From a virus, in the IMG/VR virus record IMGVR_UViG_3300025120_014381, positions 9,421 through 73,420 of that record: a stretch of 64,000 nucleotides of DNA. One strand, 5' to 3'. Positions within the stretch are counted from its first letter, which is position 1. The number at the start of each line of letters is the position of its first letter. The notes beneath the pieces are model-generated. The model searched no databases. It saw only the letters and a program-made list of their open reading frames with translations, and was not told the origin of the DNA. Position numbers and translations under genes: made by a program. Below are positions 55,460 through 64,000 of the stretch, in pieces.

Positions 55460-55513
55460 TTAGTGACAGTCACACGGGTCACAACCGCAACATGGACATT
55501 TGGTTAACCACAT
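55460..55513 (-). CDS. Cys-rich micro-ORF MWLTKCPCCGCDPCDCH (metallothionein-like)
   Basis: ATG overlaps the last codons of nrdJ; 6 Cys plus His in 17 aa; ends just before the terminator. Confidence 0.5.
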   Translation of the reverse strand: MWLTKCPCCGCDPCDCH

Positions 55514-57978
55514 TTTCCAGCGCCGCAAGATTTGCATGTGACACACCCCTCCTGATATACTAAGCTTCCTTCTGCACCGCACTCAGGACATGTTCTATCT
55601 ACTTCAGTTCCATTAATAATATAGTTTTTAAGGCATCTAGAGATAACCTTACTAAAACTAAACATGTCCATTTCTTTATCTTTTTGCATCTGTTCAACAA
55701 GATACTGGACCGGTACTCCGTGACGAAGTGATGTTGATATAACTCTTGTATAACCAGCATGATTAGGATTGTCAAAAATAGATACTACATCCTTAACAAC
55801 TAATTGATCATCGTCTTCACCTATTGTAAGATCGTATTTGCTATTTCTTGTCTTAAACGTTCGCTTATATAGTTTACCATTACGAAATTTAGAAGGTATC
55901 TCTATTTGATCTGCAGAGCCTCCTATCACCTCGTATGGTTTACCATCAAGTAACCCTATTAAAACAGCCCACTTTTGACCTTTTATCGATGTATGATAGA
56001 TGTCACATTCTAGCTCTTCAGGTCGTTTTGGTGCATCTCTTTCAACAATGGCAACCCTTCCTTCTTTTTTCTCATCTGCTGATACTAAAACACCTGATCG
56101 GGAACCATCTCGATAAACTGTTATTCCTTTACAACCAAGCTCCCAACCCATCATGTAAATGTCCTTAACAGTCTTAATATCGATATCAGCAGGTAAGTTT
56201 GTGGTATTTGAGATCGCATGACAAATCCATTTTTGAGCTACTGATTGTAGCTTTACTTTGGCGCGCCAGTCTATTTCGTTGGCAGTGGCGCCGAAATATG
56301 GAGAATGTTCTATCGCGATATCTACTTCTTCATTAGAAACGTGTGTCGCGGACATCCATTCTTTAAACTTATGATGATACACGTTAAATTCTGTCCATTC
56401 ATCACCTAAGTCGTCGACGAACATTACCTCTTCTCCATTTTGCACTTTCTTACGCCGCTTGTAATATAACATAAATGCCGGTTCAATCCCTGATGTTGTT
56501 TGCGTTAGACATGAAACAGAGCCAGCGGGGGCAGTCGTTGTATTTGCTATGTTTCTTCTACCGTACGTCCGGTAATCTTCAATCACTTCAGGAGTAAGTT
56601 CACTAAATATTCTGTCTAAGAAAGGGTGGTCTTTTTCTTTTCTGTGATCAAACACTTCAAATGCGCCTCTTTCTTTTGCTAGTTGAATTGATTCCTCGTA
56701 TGAAGCAAGAGATAACCATTTATAAATCTCTTCAACAGTTTCAATGCTTTCATCAGAGCCATATGTTTGTCCTAACATTGCAATTGCATCACCTAGACCA
56801 GTTACACCTAAACCAGTTCGTCGGCCATTGATTGCTACTTGTCTAATTGTGTTCCAAAGATTTCTTTCGTAATATTTGACTTCATCATTTTCCGGGTCAT
56901 TATCAATCTTAGCTAATATCTTATCAATTTGTTTAATCTCTAAGTCGATCATGTCGTCCATCAAACGTTGAGCTTTTCTTGCAATAACTCTAAACTTTCC
57001 TAAGTCAAATTTTGCATCTTTAGACCATGGCTTCAAAACAAAAGAAGTTAAGTTAATAAGCATTAATCGACAACTGTCATAGGGTGAAAGAATAATTTCA
57101 CCACAAGGGTTCGTAGAAACAGATCCAAAACCAACATCAGTATAGGCGTCAGAAGGAGTCATTCGTGTTGCCGTGTCCCAAAACAGGACACCAGGTTCAG
57201 CAGAAGCGTGCGCGCCTTCAATGAGTGCATCCCATATTTCTCTTGCGCTAGTATAGTTTTGTACTTCCGGATCGTCGGAATCGACAGGCCACCTTTGATG
57301 ATATGTTATATCTTTTTTGACTGCGTCCATAAACTCATCAGTTACCCTTACAGAAATATTTGCACCGGTAACTCTTGACAGGTTTCTTTTAATTTTAATA
57401 AAGTCCATTACTTGTGGGTGATGCACAGACACTGATAACATTAAAGCACCGCGTCGGCCACCTTGTGCTACTTCTCGACAACTATTACTAAATCTATCTA
57501 AAAATACTTCAATTCCGTCTGTTGTTTTAGCAGCATTGGAAGTAACCATACCTTTGGGTCTAATTGTGGATATATCAAATCCTACGCCTCCACGTCTTTT
57601 CATGATCTGCACTTGCTCTTGATCTGTTTTAAGAATCCCCGCATAAGAATCAGCGGGGGCTTCGATAACAAAGCAGTTTGATAAAGACTGTATTTTTGCT
57701 TTATTTCCAATCCCGCTCATTGGCGAGCCTTGTGGCACTACATATTTAAAGTCTTTAAATAGATTATAAATTTCTTCGTAGTGCATTGAATTATCATATT
57801 TTGTTTCAATTGCTGCAAACTCAGATGCTATTCTTGCATGCATGTCATCTGGTGTTAACTCTACATAATTTCCATCTATATCTTGTAGTGCATATTTTCC
57901 TGCAAAAACACTGGCAGCTAATTCATCACCGCCAAAATACTCTATACTGGCCTCTAAAACTTCATCGTATGTGTACAT
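55504..57978 (-). CDS. nrdJ: Class II (adenosylcobalamin-dependent) ribonucleotide reductase
   Basis: LSNCFV, RRGGVG, RRGALM, ANISV, STNPCGEI, RRTGLGVTG, TTAPAGS, ISNTTNLP, KGITVYRDGSR, C-terminal CPECG/CKSCG. Confidence 0.92.
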   Translation of the reverse strand: MYTYDEVLEASIEYFGGDELAASVFAGKYALQDIDGNYVELTPDDMHARIASEFAAIETKYDNSMHYEEIYNLFKDFKYVVPQGSPMSGIGNKAKIQSLSNCFVIEAPADSYAGILKTDQEQVQIMKRRGGVGFDISTIRPKGMVTSNAAKTTDGIEVFLDRFSNSCREVAQGGRRGALMLSVSVHHPQVMDFIKIKRNLSRVTGANISVRVTDEFMDAVKKDITYHQRWPVDSDDPEVQNYTSAREIWDALIEGAHASAEPGVLFWDTATRMTPSDAYTDVGFGSVSTNPCGEIILSPYDSCRLMLINLTSFVLKPWSKDAKFDLGKFRVIARKAQRLMDDMIDLEIKQIDKILAKIDNDPENDEVKYYERNLWNTIRQVAINGRRTGLGVTGLGDAIAMLGQTYGSDESIETVEEIYKWLSLASYEESIQLAKERGAFEVFDHRKEKDHPFLDRIFSELTPEVIEDYRTYGRRNIANTTTAPAGSVSCLTQTTSGIEPAFMLYYKRRKKVQNGEEVMFVDDLGDEWTEFNVYHHKFKEWMSATHVSNEEVDIAIEHSPYFGATANEIDWRAKVKLQSVAQKWICHAISNTTNLPADIDIKTVKDIYMMGWELGCKGITVYRDGSRSGVLVSADEKKEGRVAIVERDAPKRPEELECDIYHTSIKGQKWAVLIGLLDGKPYEVIGGSADQIEIPSKFRNGKLYKRTFKTRNSKYDLTIGEDDDQLVVKDVVSIFDNPNHAGYTRVISTSLRHGVPVQYLVEQMQKDKEMDMFSFSKVISRCLKNYIINGTEVDRTCPECGAEGSLVYQEGCVTCKSCGAGKCG

Positions 57979-57986
57979 TTATTCTC

Positions 57987-59366
57987 CTATTTTCCTGTAA
58001 TTTCTTTCCACTTTGATTTTAACATGTTTTTTGTTCCAGCATTGTCACGTTCAATTGCGTCTACAATTGACATTTCACGTACGTCATCCAACACTTCAAT
58101 CTTTGACATTGAACAATCAATTCTAATTGGGAACATTAATCCATCACGACCTGCACGATTTTTTGCTACAAAGAGACGGCCTGCGCCAGTTGATTTTTCC
58201 ATAGGTTTTCTTGAGAGCGAAACAACAACATCAGCTACCATAGCTTTCCCATATGCTTCAGACATATTTTCTAATCCTACAACTTCTGCTTTTGCAGAGT
58301 CACGGTTAGCTTGGGATGCTGTCCAGACTGGTATGTTCATTTCCATTGCTAGGTTCCTAAGTTCTTCATATACTAGTTTAAGCTCATGTCTAAGTGAGTC
58401 ATAAGTTCGCGTAGATCGCATAATATCCGCGTAATCGATGATGAGTATACTGGGTTTAAAGTCTTTCATTTCAAGTTTTTCTAAATGATTTCTTATAGTT
58501 ATAATACTTGCGGCACCTGTCGGATATTGTTTAATTATCAACTTACCAAAATTATTTTCCTCATAAGTTTTAAGAACTGTTTCTTTATTGTCAATAACAT
58601 TGTTTGATGGTATATTGCATAAATTGCTGTCGTATCTTATTCCCACTGCAGTTTCAGTTAACTCAAAAGTGTAATGTACAACATTTTTTCCCCTACGTAA
58701 TGCCTCAGCACCCATAGAAACGAGATAATGTGATTTTCCCACACCTGTATTCGCAACAACAACACCTATTTCTCCTCTTCCTAAACCACCGTTTAACACA
58801 TCTTTTTGGTCTAAATGTTTAATACCTGTAGCACAGGTTGCTCTGTCAACTAAAACAAATCTTGCTTCATGATCTTCAAAGAAATTATGACCAATAGTTG
58901 ATGATGAACCTTTTGATACAGCATCTTTCATAATACTTAAAACAGATTCATAATTTTCTTGTTTAATTGCCTTGACGCTTTCTTCCAAAGCTTGTTGAAG
59001 TGCTTGTTTTTTACAGAAATCAAGTGACTTATCTTTTACAAATTTTAAGTCACCTAAGTTTGGAGATGACTTCATTCGCGTTAAATATTCTATTACTTGT
59101 TCTCTTAAGATAATATCATCACCTGTAGTCAATTCATCTTTAATGATTGACACCAGCAGAGGCATTGTTGGAAAGTTTCTGTATTTCGAAAAGAAGCTAA
59201 AAAATCTATCGCATAAGAATTGTAGATATTTTAATTCAAAGTAATCATACTTCATTACCTCCATCATTTGCGAGGCCCAGTTATGGTCGTTTAAAAGAGC
59301 TTGAAATATCTTTTCTTGAAAATCTTTACCGTATTTTGAAAAGTAGTTTGGGTTTTCCATCACCAT
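57987..59366 (-). CDS. Replicative DNA helicase (DnaB/T4 gp41-like)
   Basis: ANTGVGKS, TFEL, IIDYAD, WTASQANR, AKNRAG. Confidence 0.92.
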   Translation of the reverse strand: MVMENPNYFSKYGKDFQEKIFQALLNDHNWASQMMEVMKYDYFELKYLQFLCDRFFSFFSKYRNFPTMPLLVSIIKDELTTGDDIILREQVIEYLTRMKSSPNLGDLKFVKDKSLDFCKKQALQQALEESVKAIKQENYESVLSIMKDAVSKGSSSTIGHNFFEDHEARFVLVDRATCATGIKHLDQKDVLNGGLGRGEIGVVVANTGVGKSHYLVSMGAEALRRGKNVVHYTFELTETAVGIRYDSNLCNIPSNNVIDNKETVLKTYEENNFGKLIIKQYPTGAASIITIRNHLEKLEMKDFKPSILIIDYADIMRSTRTYDSLRHELKLVYEELRNLAMEMNIPVWTASQANRDSAKAEVVGLENMSEAYGKAMVADVVVSLSRKPMEKSTGAGRLFVAKNRAGRDGLMFPIRIDCSMSKIEVLDDVREMSIVDAIERDNAGTKNMLKSKWKEITGK

Positions 59367-60340
59367 AGTTTTCCTTTAGTTAGGGTTCGTAGCAAATATC
59401 CATGCCGTAAAAAGTCTATATTCTTTATATTGTTTTCATTTAAATGTTTAATTGCTTTAAGATTATTCCACGCCGGTTTAAAATTTTCAATACTTTCATC
59501 AATTCTTTTTGTTTGCATGTGCACTAAGTTGTCTACATCTAATCTGACCAACTTGATGTTACGCTCAATTAACTTTTCACTGTCTTTAATGGATTTATAT
59601 ATCTTCTTCTTTGGATGTTCACCGTGTTTAACGTCGTTACTAACAAACAACTGGAAAAAATTATTATCAAAGTCTTCTTTTAAAAGTAATTCTGAAAACT
59701 CTTTGGCTAATTTTTTATAACCTACTCCAGGAACACCTGGAATATTGTCTGATTTGTCACCAACTATTGATTTAGCCAAGCAGAAGTTATGAGGATGAAC
59801 ACCGTACTTCTCTAAGACCTTGTTCGTATTAACAAATGATTTTGAATTTGGTGAGTATATAATGCAATCCTCGTCAACTAATTGATAGAAATCATGATCA
59901 CCTGATACTATGATTTTATTCTTATTTTTTAATTTGTATTTGCACATATATCCGATTGCATCATCCGCTTCTGCGTCTTCTATATAGACCTGGCAAATTG
60001 GTAGGTTTGAAAGCACGCCAATTAAAGTTCTAATTTGAAAATTTCTATTTTCTAAAGAGTCAGGTAGTTCTTCTTTTTCGTAATATCTATTCATTTTAGT
60101 GGGCCGGCCCCCTTTTTTGTATTCAGGGTATAGATCTCTTTTTCTCTTAGACCCGCCCCCTTCCCAAACTACAATGACACTTTCTGGTTTGCATTTCTCG
60201 ATTAAATTAATCACATTATAGTAAAACCCAACAATGCCACCGATTTGTTCACCGTTATCTGACATTGCTGGGTGTGCAATATAATGACGCATAAAAACAT
60301 TTAAAGCATCAAATATCAGTACTCTATTTTTTACCATCAC
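59360..60340 (-). CDS. 5'-3' exonuclease / RNase H-like flap nuclease (second copy)
   Basis: IFDALNVF, YPEYK, EADDAI, SGDHDFYQL, VGDKSDNIPGVPGVG. Confidence 0.9.
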   Translation of the reverse strand: MMVKNRVLIFDALNVFMRHYIAHPAMSDNGEQIGGIVGFYYNVINLIEKCKPESVIVVWEGGGSKRKRDLYPEYKKGGRPTKMNRYYEKEELPDSLENRNFQIRTLIGVLSNLPICQVYIEDAEADDAIGYMCKYKLKNKNKIIVSGDHDFYQLVDEDCIIYSPNSKSFVNTNKVLEKYGVHPHNFCLAKSIVGDKSDNIPGVPGVGYKKLAKEFSELLLKEDFDNNFFQLFVSNDVKHGEHPKKKIYKSIKDSEKLIERNIKLVRLDVDNLVHMQTKRIDESIENFKPAWNNLKAIKHLNENNIKNIDFLRHGYLLRTLTKGKLW

Positions 60341-61485
60341 ATATCCAGTTCGTCTGCAAGTGCTTTCATCTCTTCATAAGACTCCATGTCAATATCAACG
60401 CCGGCTGATGTGCCCATCTTCTTAACCATTGCATCTTTAAGTATGATATCAACAATTGGACCCCAAAATTCATCATCCATTATTTCATTAAACTCTGTTT
60501 TTCTAAACTTTTTTGAATCGAGCATGGTACCATTTTCATCAAACATTTCAATTGTCTTCCACCCGCCTGTCCCAGAGACCTGGTAACTTCTATCTTCTTG
60601 TAATACCATTCCGTGTTTGCGTAACAAGTCAAACATTTCTTCATGTTCAACAATACCTTTTCCAAAATGTATTTGGAAGTTAACCTTTCTAAAAGGTGGC
60701 GCGACTTTATTCTTAACAGTTTTTGCCCAAACTTGAATTCCAATTACATCATCACCATCTTTTATTTGTTGACCAGCACCTAACTTAATACGTATGGAAG
60801 AGTGAAAAGGTATGGCTTTACCACCAGGCGTTGTATCAGGGTCACCGTACATTACACCTATCTTTGTTCTAATTTGATTTAAACAAACAAACAAACTATT
60901 TGTTTGCCCGATAACTCCGGTTATTTTTCTCATTCCTTTTGATATCGCCCGGGCTTGAAGACCGATCGTTGCTTTATCATAATCACCAAGCAATTCAGCT
61001 TTTGGTGATGATGCTGCAACGCTGTCCCATATAATTGTAACTGGAACATCTTTGTCTAAAGCTTTTGCCTTAAGAATCGTTTTCTCTGCTAGATCAAGTA
61101 CTTCTTCGGTACAGTGAGTATCAACATAAACAAATCGCTGGGAGACATCAACACCTAGGTTCCCAAGATTCTGGATAGAAGTTGCATTTTCTGTATCGAT
61201 ATAGACGGCAATACCTCCCATTTTTTGGGTGCTGCATGCTATCTGTGTGGCAATATGAGACTTTCCAATAGAAGGAGGGCCAAATATCTCTACAATCCTG
61301 CCCTCAGGAAAGCCTCCGCCAGGTTGATTTGCACAAATATAATCTAACAGCTTAGATCCTGTTGAAACCCATCGTTTAACTTGCGTTGGACTTTCATCTT
61401 CTGAGAGATTGTATGCGACTTTTGTCTTATAGTCTTTATTCAAAGATCTGATTAGTTGTGAGGTGAAATCTTCATTTTTTGCCAT
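60337..61485 (-). CDS. recA: RecA/UvsX recombinase
   Basis: GRIVEIFGPPSIGKS, YIDTEN, WDSVAA, LQARAIS, LNQIR, TPGGKAIPFHSSIR, KNKVAPPF. Confidence 0.95.
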   Translation of the reverse strand: MAKNEDFTSQLIRSLNKDYKTKVAYNLSEDESPTQVKRWVSTGSKLLDYICANQPGGGFPEGRIVEIFGPPSIGKSHIATQIACSTQKMGGIAVYIDTENATSIQNLGNLGVDVSQRFVYVDTHCTEEVLDLAEKTILKAKALDKDVPVTIIWDSVAASSPKAELLGDYDKATIGLQARAISKGMRKITGVIGQTNSLFVCLNQIRTKIGVMYGDPDTTPGGKAIPFHSSIRIKLGAGQQIKDGDDVIGIQVWAKTVKNKVAPPFRKVNFQIHFGKGIVEHEEMFDLLRKHGMVLQEDRSYQVSGTGGWKTIEMFDENGTMLDSKKFRKTEFNEIMDDEFWGPIVDIILKDAMVKKMGTSAGVDIDMESYEEMKALADELDM

Positions 61486-61509
61486 GATTTAGCTCCTATG
61501 TGATAATTT

Positions 61510-61538
61510 ATTCTACAGTTATCTTTTATAAAATACAA
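61510..61538 (-). promoter_or_regulatory. Promoter TTGTAT-N17-TAGAAT upstream of recA
   Basis: -35 61533-61538 overlapping terminator U-tract, -10 61510-61515. Confidence 0.55.
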
Positions 61539-61563
61539 AAAAACCCGCATTTCTGCGGGTTTT
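61537..61563 (-). terminator. Intrinsic terminator after ssb
   Basis: AAAACCCGCA-GAAA-TGCGGGTTTTTTT. Confidence 0.8.
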
Positions 61564-61581
61564 AAAACACATAGTTTTATG

Positions 61582-62376
61582 TTAACTCATTAAGTCAGAG
61601 AAAGCATCGTCTAAATTAGAGTATGATTCACTTGAGCCCTCTTCTGTTTTACTATTAGAAGCCTGCTTGTTATTAGAAGTCTGCTTACTGCCAGACCAAT
61701 CTGATCCTTCACTTTCAACTTCATCACTATTAAGCCAACTATTAATAATATTACTTAACTCATCATACGACTTTGTTTGGAAGATGTTATTAACATCTGG
61801 GATGTTTGATAACCATTCCTTTGCTTGTTTTGCATCTTTTGAAACTGGTGATGACTTGCGCTTAGGTAATACCTCTGTCTTTGCCCACTGTTGACCAGGT
61901 GGCTTTGTACATTTGATCTTAACATCAGTTCCTGTCTTAAGATCTGTGATATCTCCATAATCTTCATCCATCATTAGTGATAAAAGTGCTTGGTAAACTA
62001 GTTTTCCAAATGACCAGATTCTTACACCTTCAGACTCTTCACCACGAACTACAACAGGTGCATAAACACGCATTTTAGGATACAACTTCTTAGCCATTTC
62101 ATAGCTTTCTTTTGTACCTTCCCCGCGCAATTTATCAATCAACTCTTGGATTGGGTCACGTTTACCAAACTGGCTTGGTGCCAATAACCCACGTTGTCCT
62201 GGAATATTGTAGTAGAACATTAGTTCTTTAAACGGTTGTCCATCGTTATCTGGAAATGATAAAAGTCGGACTTCATATTCTTGTCCCTCTTCTGGTTTCC
62301 ACATTACGTTTCTGCTAGTGTTATTACCACTCAGTCTTTCTAATTTACGTTTAATAGCATCAAAATCTAGTGCCAT
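61582..62376 (-). CDS. Single-stranded DNA-binding protein (T4 gp32-like)
   Basis: WKP...VRLL.F, GVRIWSFGK.VY, YGDITD..TG.D, acidic tail LDDAFSDLMS. Confidence 0.85.
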   Translation of the reverse strand: MALDFDAIKRKLERLSGNNTSRNVMWKPEEGQEYEVRLLSFPDNDGQPFKELMFYYNIPGQRGLLAPSQFGKRDPIQELIDKLRGEGTKESYEMAKKLYPKMRVYAPVVVRGEESEGVRIWSFGKLVYQALLSLMMDEDYGDITDLKTGTDVKIKCTKPPGQQWAKTEVLPKRKSSPVSKDAKQAKEWLSNIPDVNNIFQTKSYDELSNIINSWLNSDEVESEGSDWSGSKQTSNNKQASNSKTEEGSSESYSNLDDAFSDLMS

Positions 62377-62439
62377 GTTTTCTCCTTTTCAATGTTTAAC
62401 TTGTAATGTCCAAAATCTAAATGATTAAGTGAACATTAG

Positions 62440-62468
62440 ATAATACTATGCCAAGAGAAGATTTATCA
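62440..62468 (-). promoter_or_regulatory. Promoter TGATAA-N17-TATTAT upstream of ssb
   Basis: -35 62463-62468, -10 62440-62445. Confidence 0.45.
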
Positions 62469-62478
62469 AATTATTTTT

Positions 62479-63978
62479 TTATTTTTTTCTTTTTTTTGAT
62501 TTAGGTGGATTCGCTAACTTTGTATATGGGTAAGACTTCTCAACGTTAAATCTTTGGCGCTTTTTTCGCTGGGATGATGTTTCAGGCTTACCTTTTGCTG
62601 TATAACCTAAAGGCACTGCTGGACCACCACCACCTGCAGCTGCACCTGAAAATTCATCTAATTCATCTATCTCATCTAATTTGTCTTGCTGCACTTTATT
62701 TACTAATCTTACTTTTCTTCGATCAGCAGCAGCCACCATTTTATCATTAAGAGCGTTTGCTTTATCTGCATAGCCTTCTAAAATAATGTCGTTAAATGTT
62801 AGGTCATATAATGAATTTTCTTTTATGTTAAATGCTTTCTTTGTTCGAGTAGTACCTTTTCCAGAAGCCACACTTTGTGAAGCGGCTGCTTTATCAATAT
62901 AAGATGTTTTATGAATAATCTCGTAAACTTGTCCTAAACGCGAGAATGATTTAACTGGGTTTGTGAAAAAGCATCGGGCTAATGAGTTTCTTTCAAGAGC
63001 ATCGGCCGGTTTATTTAACTTTTTAACTCTTTTCATTACTCCGAATAGTTTCTCTAAACCTTCAGCAATTTCACCTGTAATTTCAAATAAGAGTCGCTCA
63101 AAAGGTATTGCGTGTATTGCTATCGCCACCCCTAAACCTGCTAACTTTCCAGCAACATACCCCGTTGCACCACCGAGAATATTACCCGCTATAGGAACTA
63201 CAGTACCTCCAGCTACACCGGCTGCGCCTGTCACATATGGTTGAACAGCTAATACAACAGTTATTAATAAATCTTTTATTACTTGCAATATTGCGTTAAA
63301 TTCTTTGTCTAGTCTCTTTTCTGCATTTGGATTCCTAGCTGTGTATTGATCCACATAAACAATAAATTCTTCAAAACTTCTATCACCAGCATCGACCATG
63401 AAGTTTGTTAGTTCATTTCCAGGGTTTAATTTTAAAGTTTTATTAAAGTCTTTATTAAACTTATCTATTTTTTTAAGTGCTGACATTATCTGAAAAGATG
63501 CAATGACAATATCAAGTACAGGAATTGTTTTTCCTGCTAGTTTTGCAGAGCCCATAAGCTTAGGAAATTTCTTTGACATATAACTACCTATACCAGTAGA
63601 ACGTATAGCTTTCTGTGCCTTGTCAGTAATGCCTCCCGCCTTAACTGTGTAAGTACCAAATTTTGATATCTTTGCAACCGCGTCGCCGACAGTTTTATAA
63701 GCTCCTTTAGCTGAGCGCCCACTAGTATTGACATGATTACCTACATGTTTTAATACTTCTAATTCATTCCTAAAGACTTTTCCAGTTTTTGGATTTATAT
63801 GCGCTGAGTTTTTAACTGCGTTTTTAATGGTGGCCAGGTCTCTAGGAGCCAAACTTTTATACAGTTTTCTAAATGCACGATTTTTTCTAAGACCGTCTGC
63901 CTGTTGAGCAATCAATGCTAATTTGTCTAATGCATCTTTATCAGCTACAGAACCTTGCGGCTGATTTTCCATGATCAA
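62479..63978 (-). CDS. Hypothetical protein with glycine-zipper hydrophobic hairpin (probable head-packaged/ejected protein; start may lie outside window)
   Basis: TGAAGVAGGTVVPIAGNILGGATGYVAG; IKE/ILE/LDE sites; EFSGAAAGGGG.AVPLG. Confidence 0.55.
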   Translation of the reverse strand: MIMENQPQGSVADKDALDKLALIAQQADGLRKNRAFRKLYKSLAPRDLATIKNAVKNSAHINPKTGKVFRNELEVLKHVGNHVNTSGRSAKGAYKTVGDAVAKISKFGTYTVKAGGITDKAQKAIRSTGIGSYMSKKFPKLMGSAKLAGKTIPVLDIVIASFQIMSALKKIDKFNKDFNKTLKLNPGNELTNFMVDAGDRSFEEFIVYVDQYTARNPNAEKRLDKEFNAILQVIKDLLITVVLAVQPYVTGAAGVAGGTVVPIAGNILGGATGYVAGKLAGLGVAIAIHAIPFERLLFEITGEIAEGLEKLFGVMKRVKKLNKPADALERNSLARCFFTNPVKSFSRLGQVYEIIHKTSYIDKAAASQSVASGKGTTRTKKAFNIKENSLYDLTFNDIILEGYADKANALNDKMVAAADRRKVRLVNKVQQDKLDEIDELDEFSGAAAGGGGPAVPLGYTAKGKPETSSQRKKRQRFNVEKSYPYTKLANPPKSKKRKK

Positions 63979-64000
63979 ATTCCTTATAACACTTTTGTTG

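Noticed and set aside
28029-61485. Inteins or introns in dnaE, nrdJ, helicase or recA
   Set aside because: Lengths are normal, and no intein splice or homing-endonuclease motifs were seen.
10302-63244. Many plus-strand ORFs antisense to recognised genes (e.g. 10302-10859, 8051-8434, 44479-44931, 45915-46394, 58024-58404)
   Set aside because: Shadow ORFs of well-supported minus-strand genes, with no RBS or recognisable motifs.
1-64000. Stop-codon reassignment (common in some jumbo phages)
   Set aside because: Genes are full length under the standard code, and TAA, TAG and TGA all serve as real stops at gene junctions.

Overview
AT-rich (roughly one-third GC by eye), densely coding 64 kb segment of a jumbo bacteriophage genome. 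Most genes lie on the minus strand and use the standard genetic code. It carries a replication/recombination block (gp32-like SSB, RecA/UvsX, two 5'-3' exonucleases, DnaB-like helicase, class II RNR, DnaE), extensive nucleotide and NDP-sugar metabolism, three DNA glycosylases, proteostasis genes (GroEL, Hsp20, J-domain protein, ClpP), virion/fibre proteins, a cluster of probable internal head proteins, lysis-related genes and host-like accessory genes (SOD, Dps-like, YceI, PAS sensor, CglF/GltF-like, VWA lipoprotein). The strongest leads are: (1) a sigma70 factor that stops just before region 4.2, followed in frame by a separate small HTH gene that resembles the missing -35-reading module, together with a family of promoters carrying a non-canonical -35 (NTRTAA-N17-TATAAT), several sitting in terminator hairpin loops; (2) a dNMP-kinase/thymidylate-synthase-fold fusion with the dCMP-type Asp signature near dnaE, suggesting an uncharacterised cytosine-modification pathway; (3) myxobacterial-type gliding-motility homologues in a phage; (4) a recurring N-terminal leader resembling a capsid-targeting/maturation tag; (5) a hidden 17-aa Cys-rich micro-ORF behind nrdJ. 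All assignments come from motif recognition by eye; no database searches were run. No tRNA, rRNA, CRISPR array, intein or integrase was seen.
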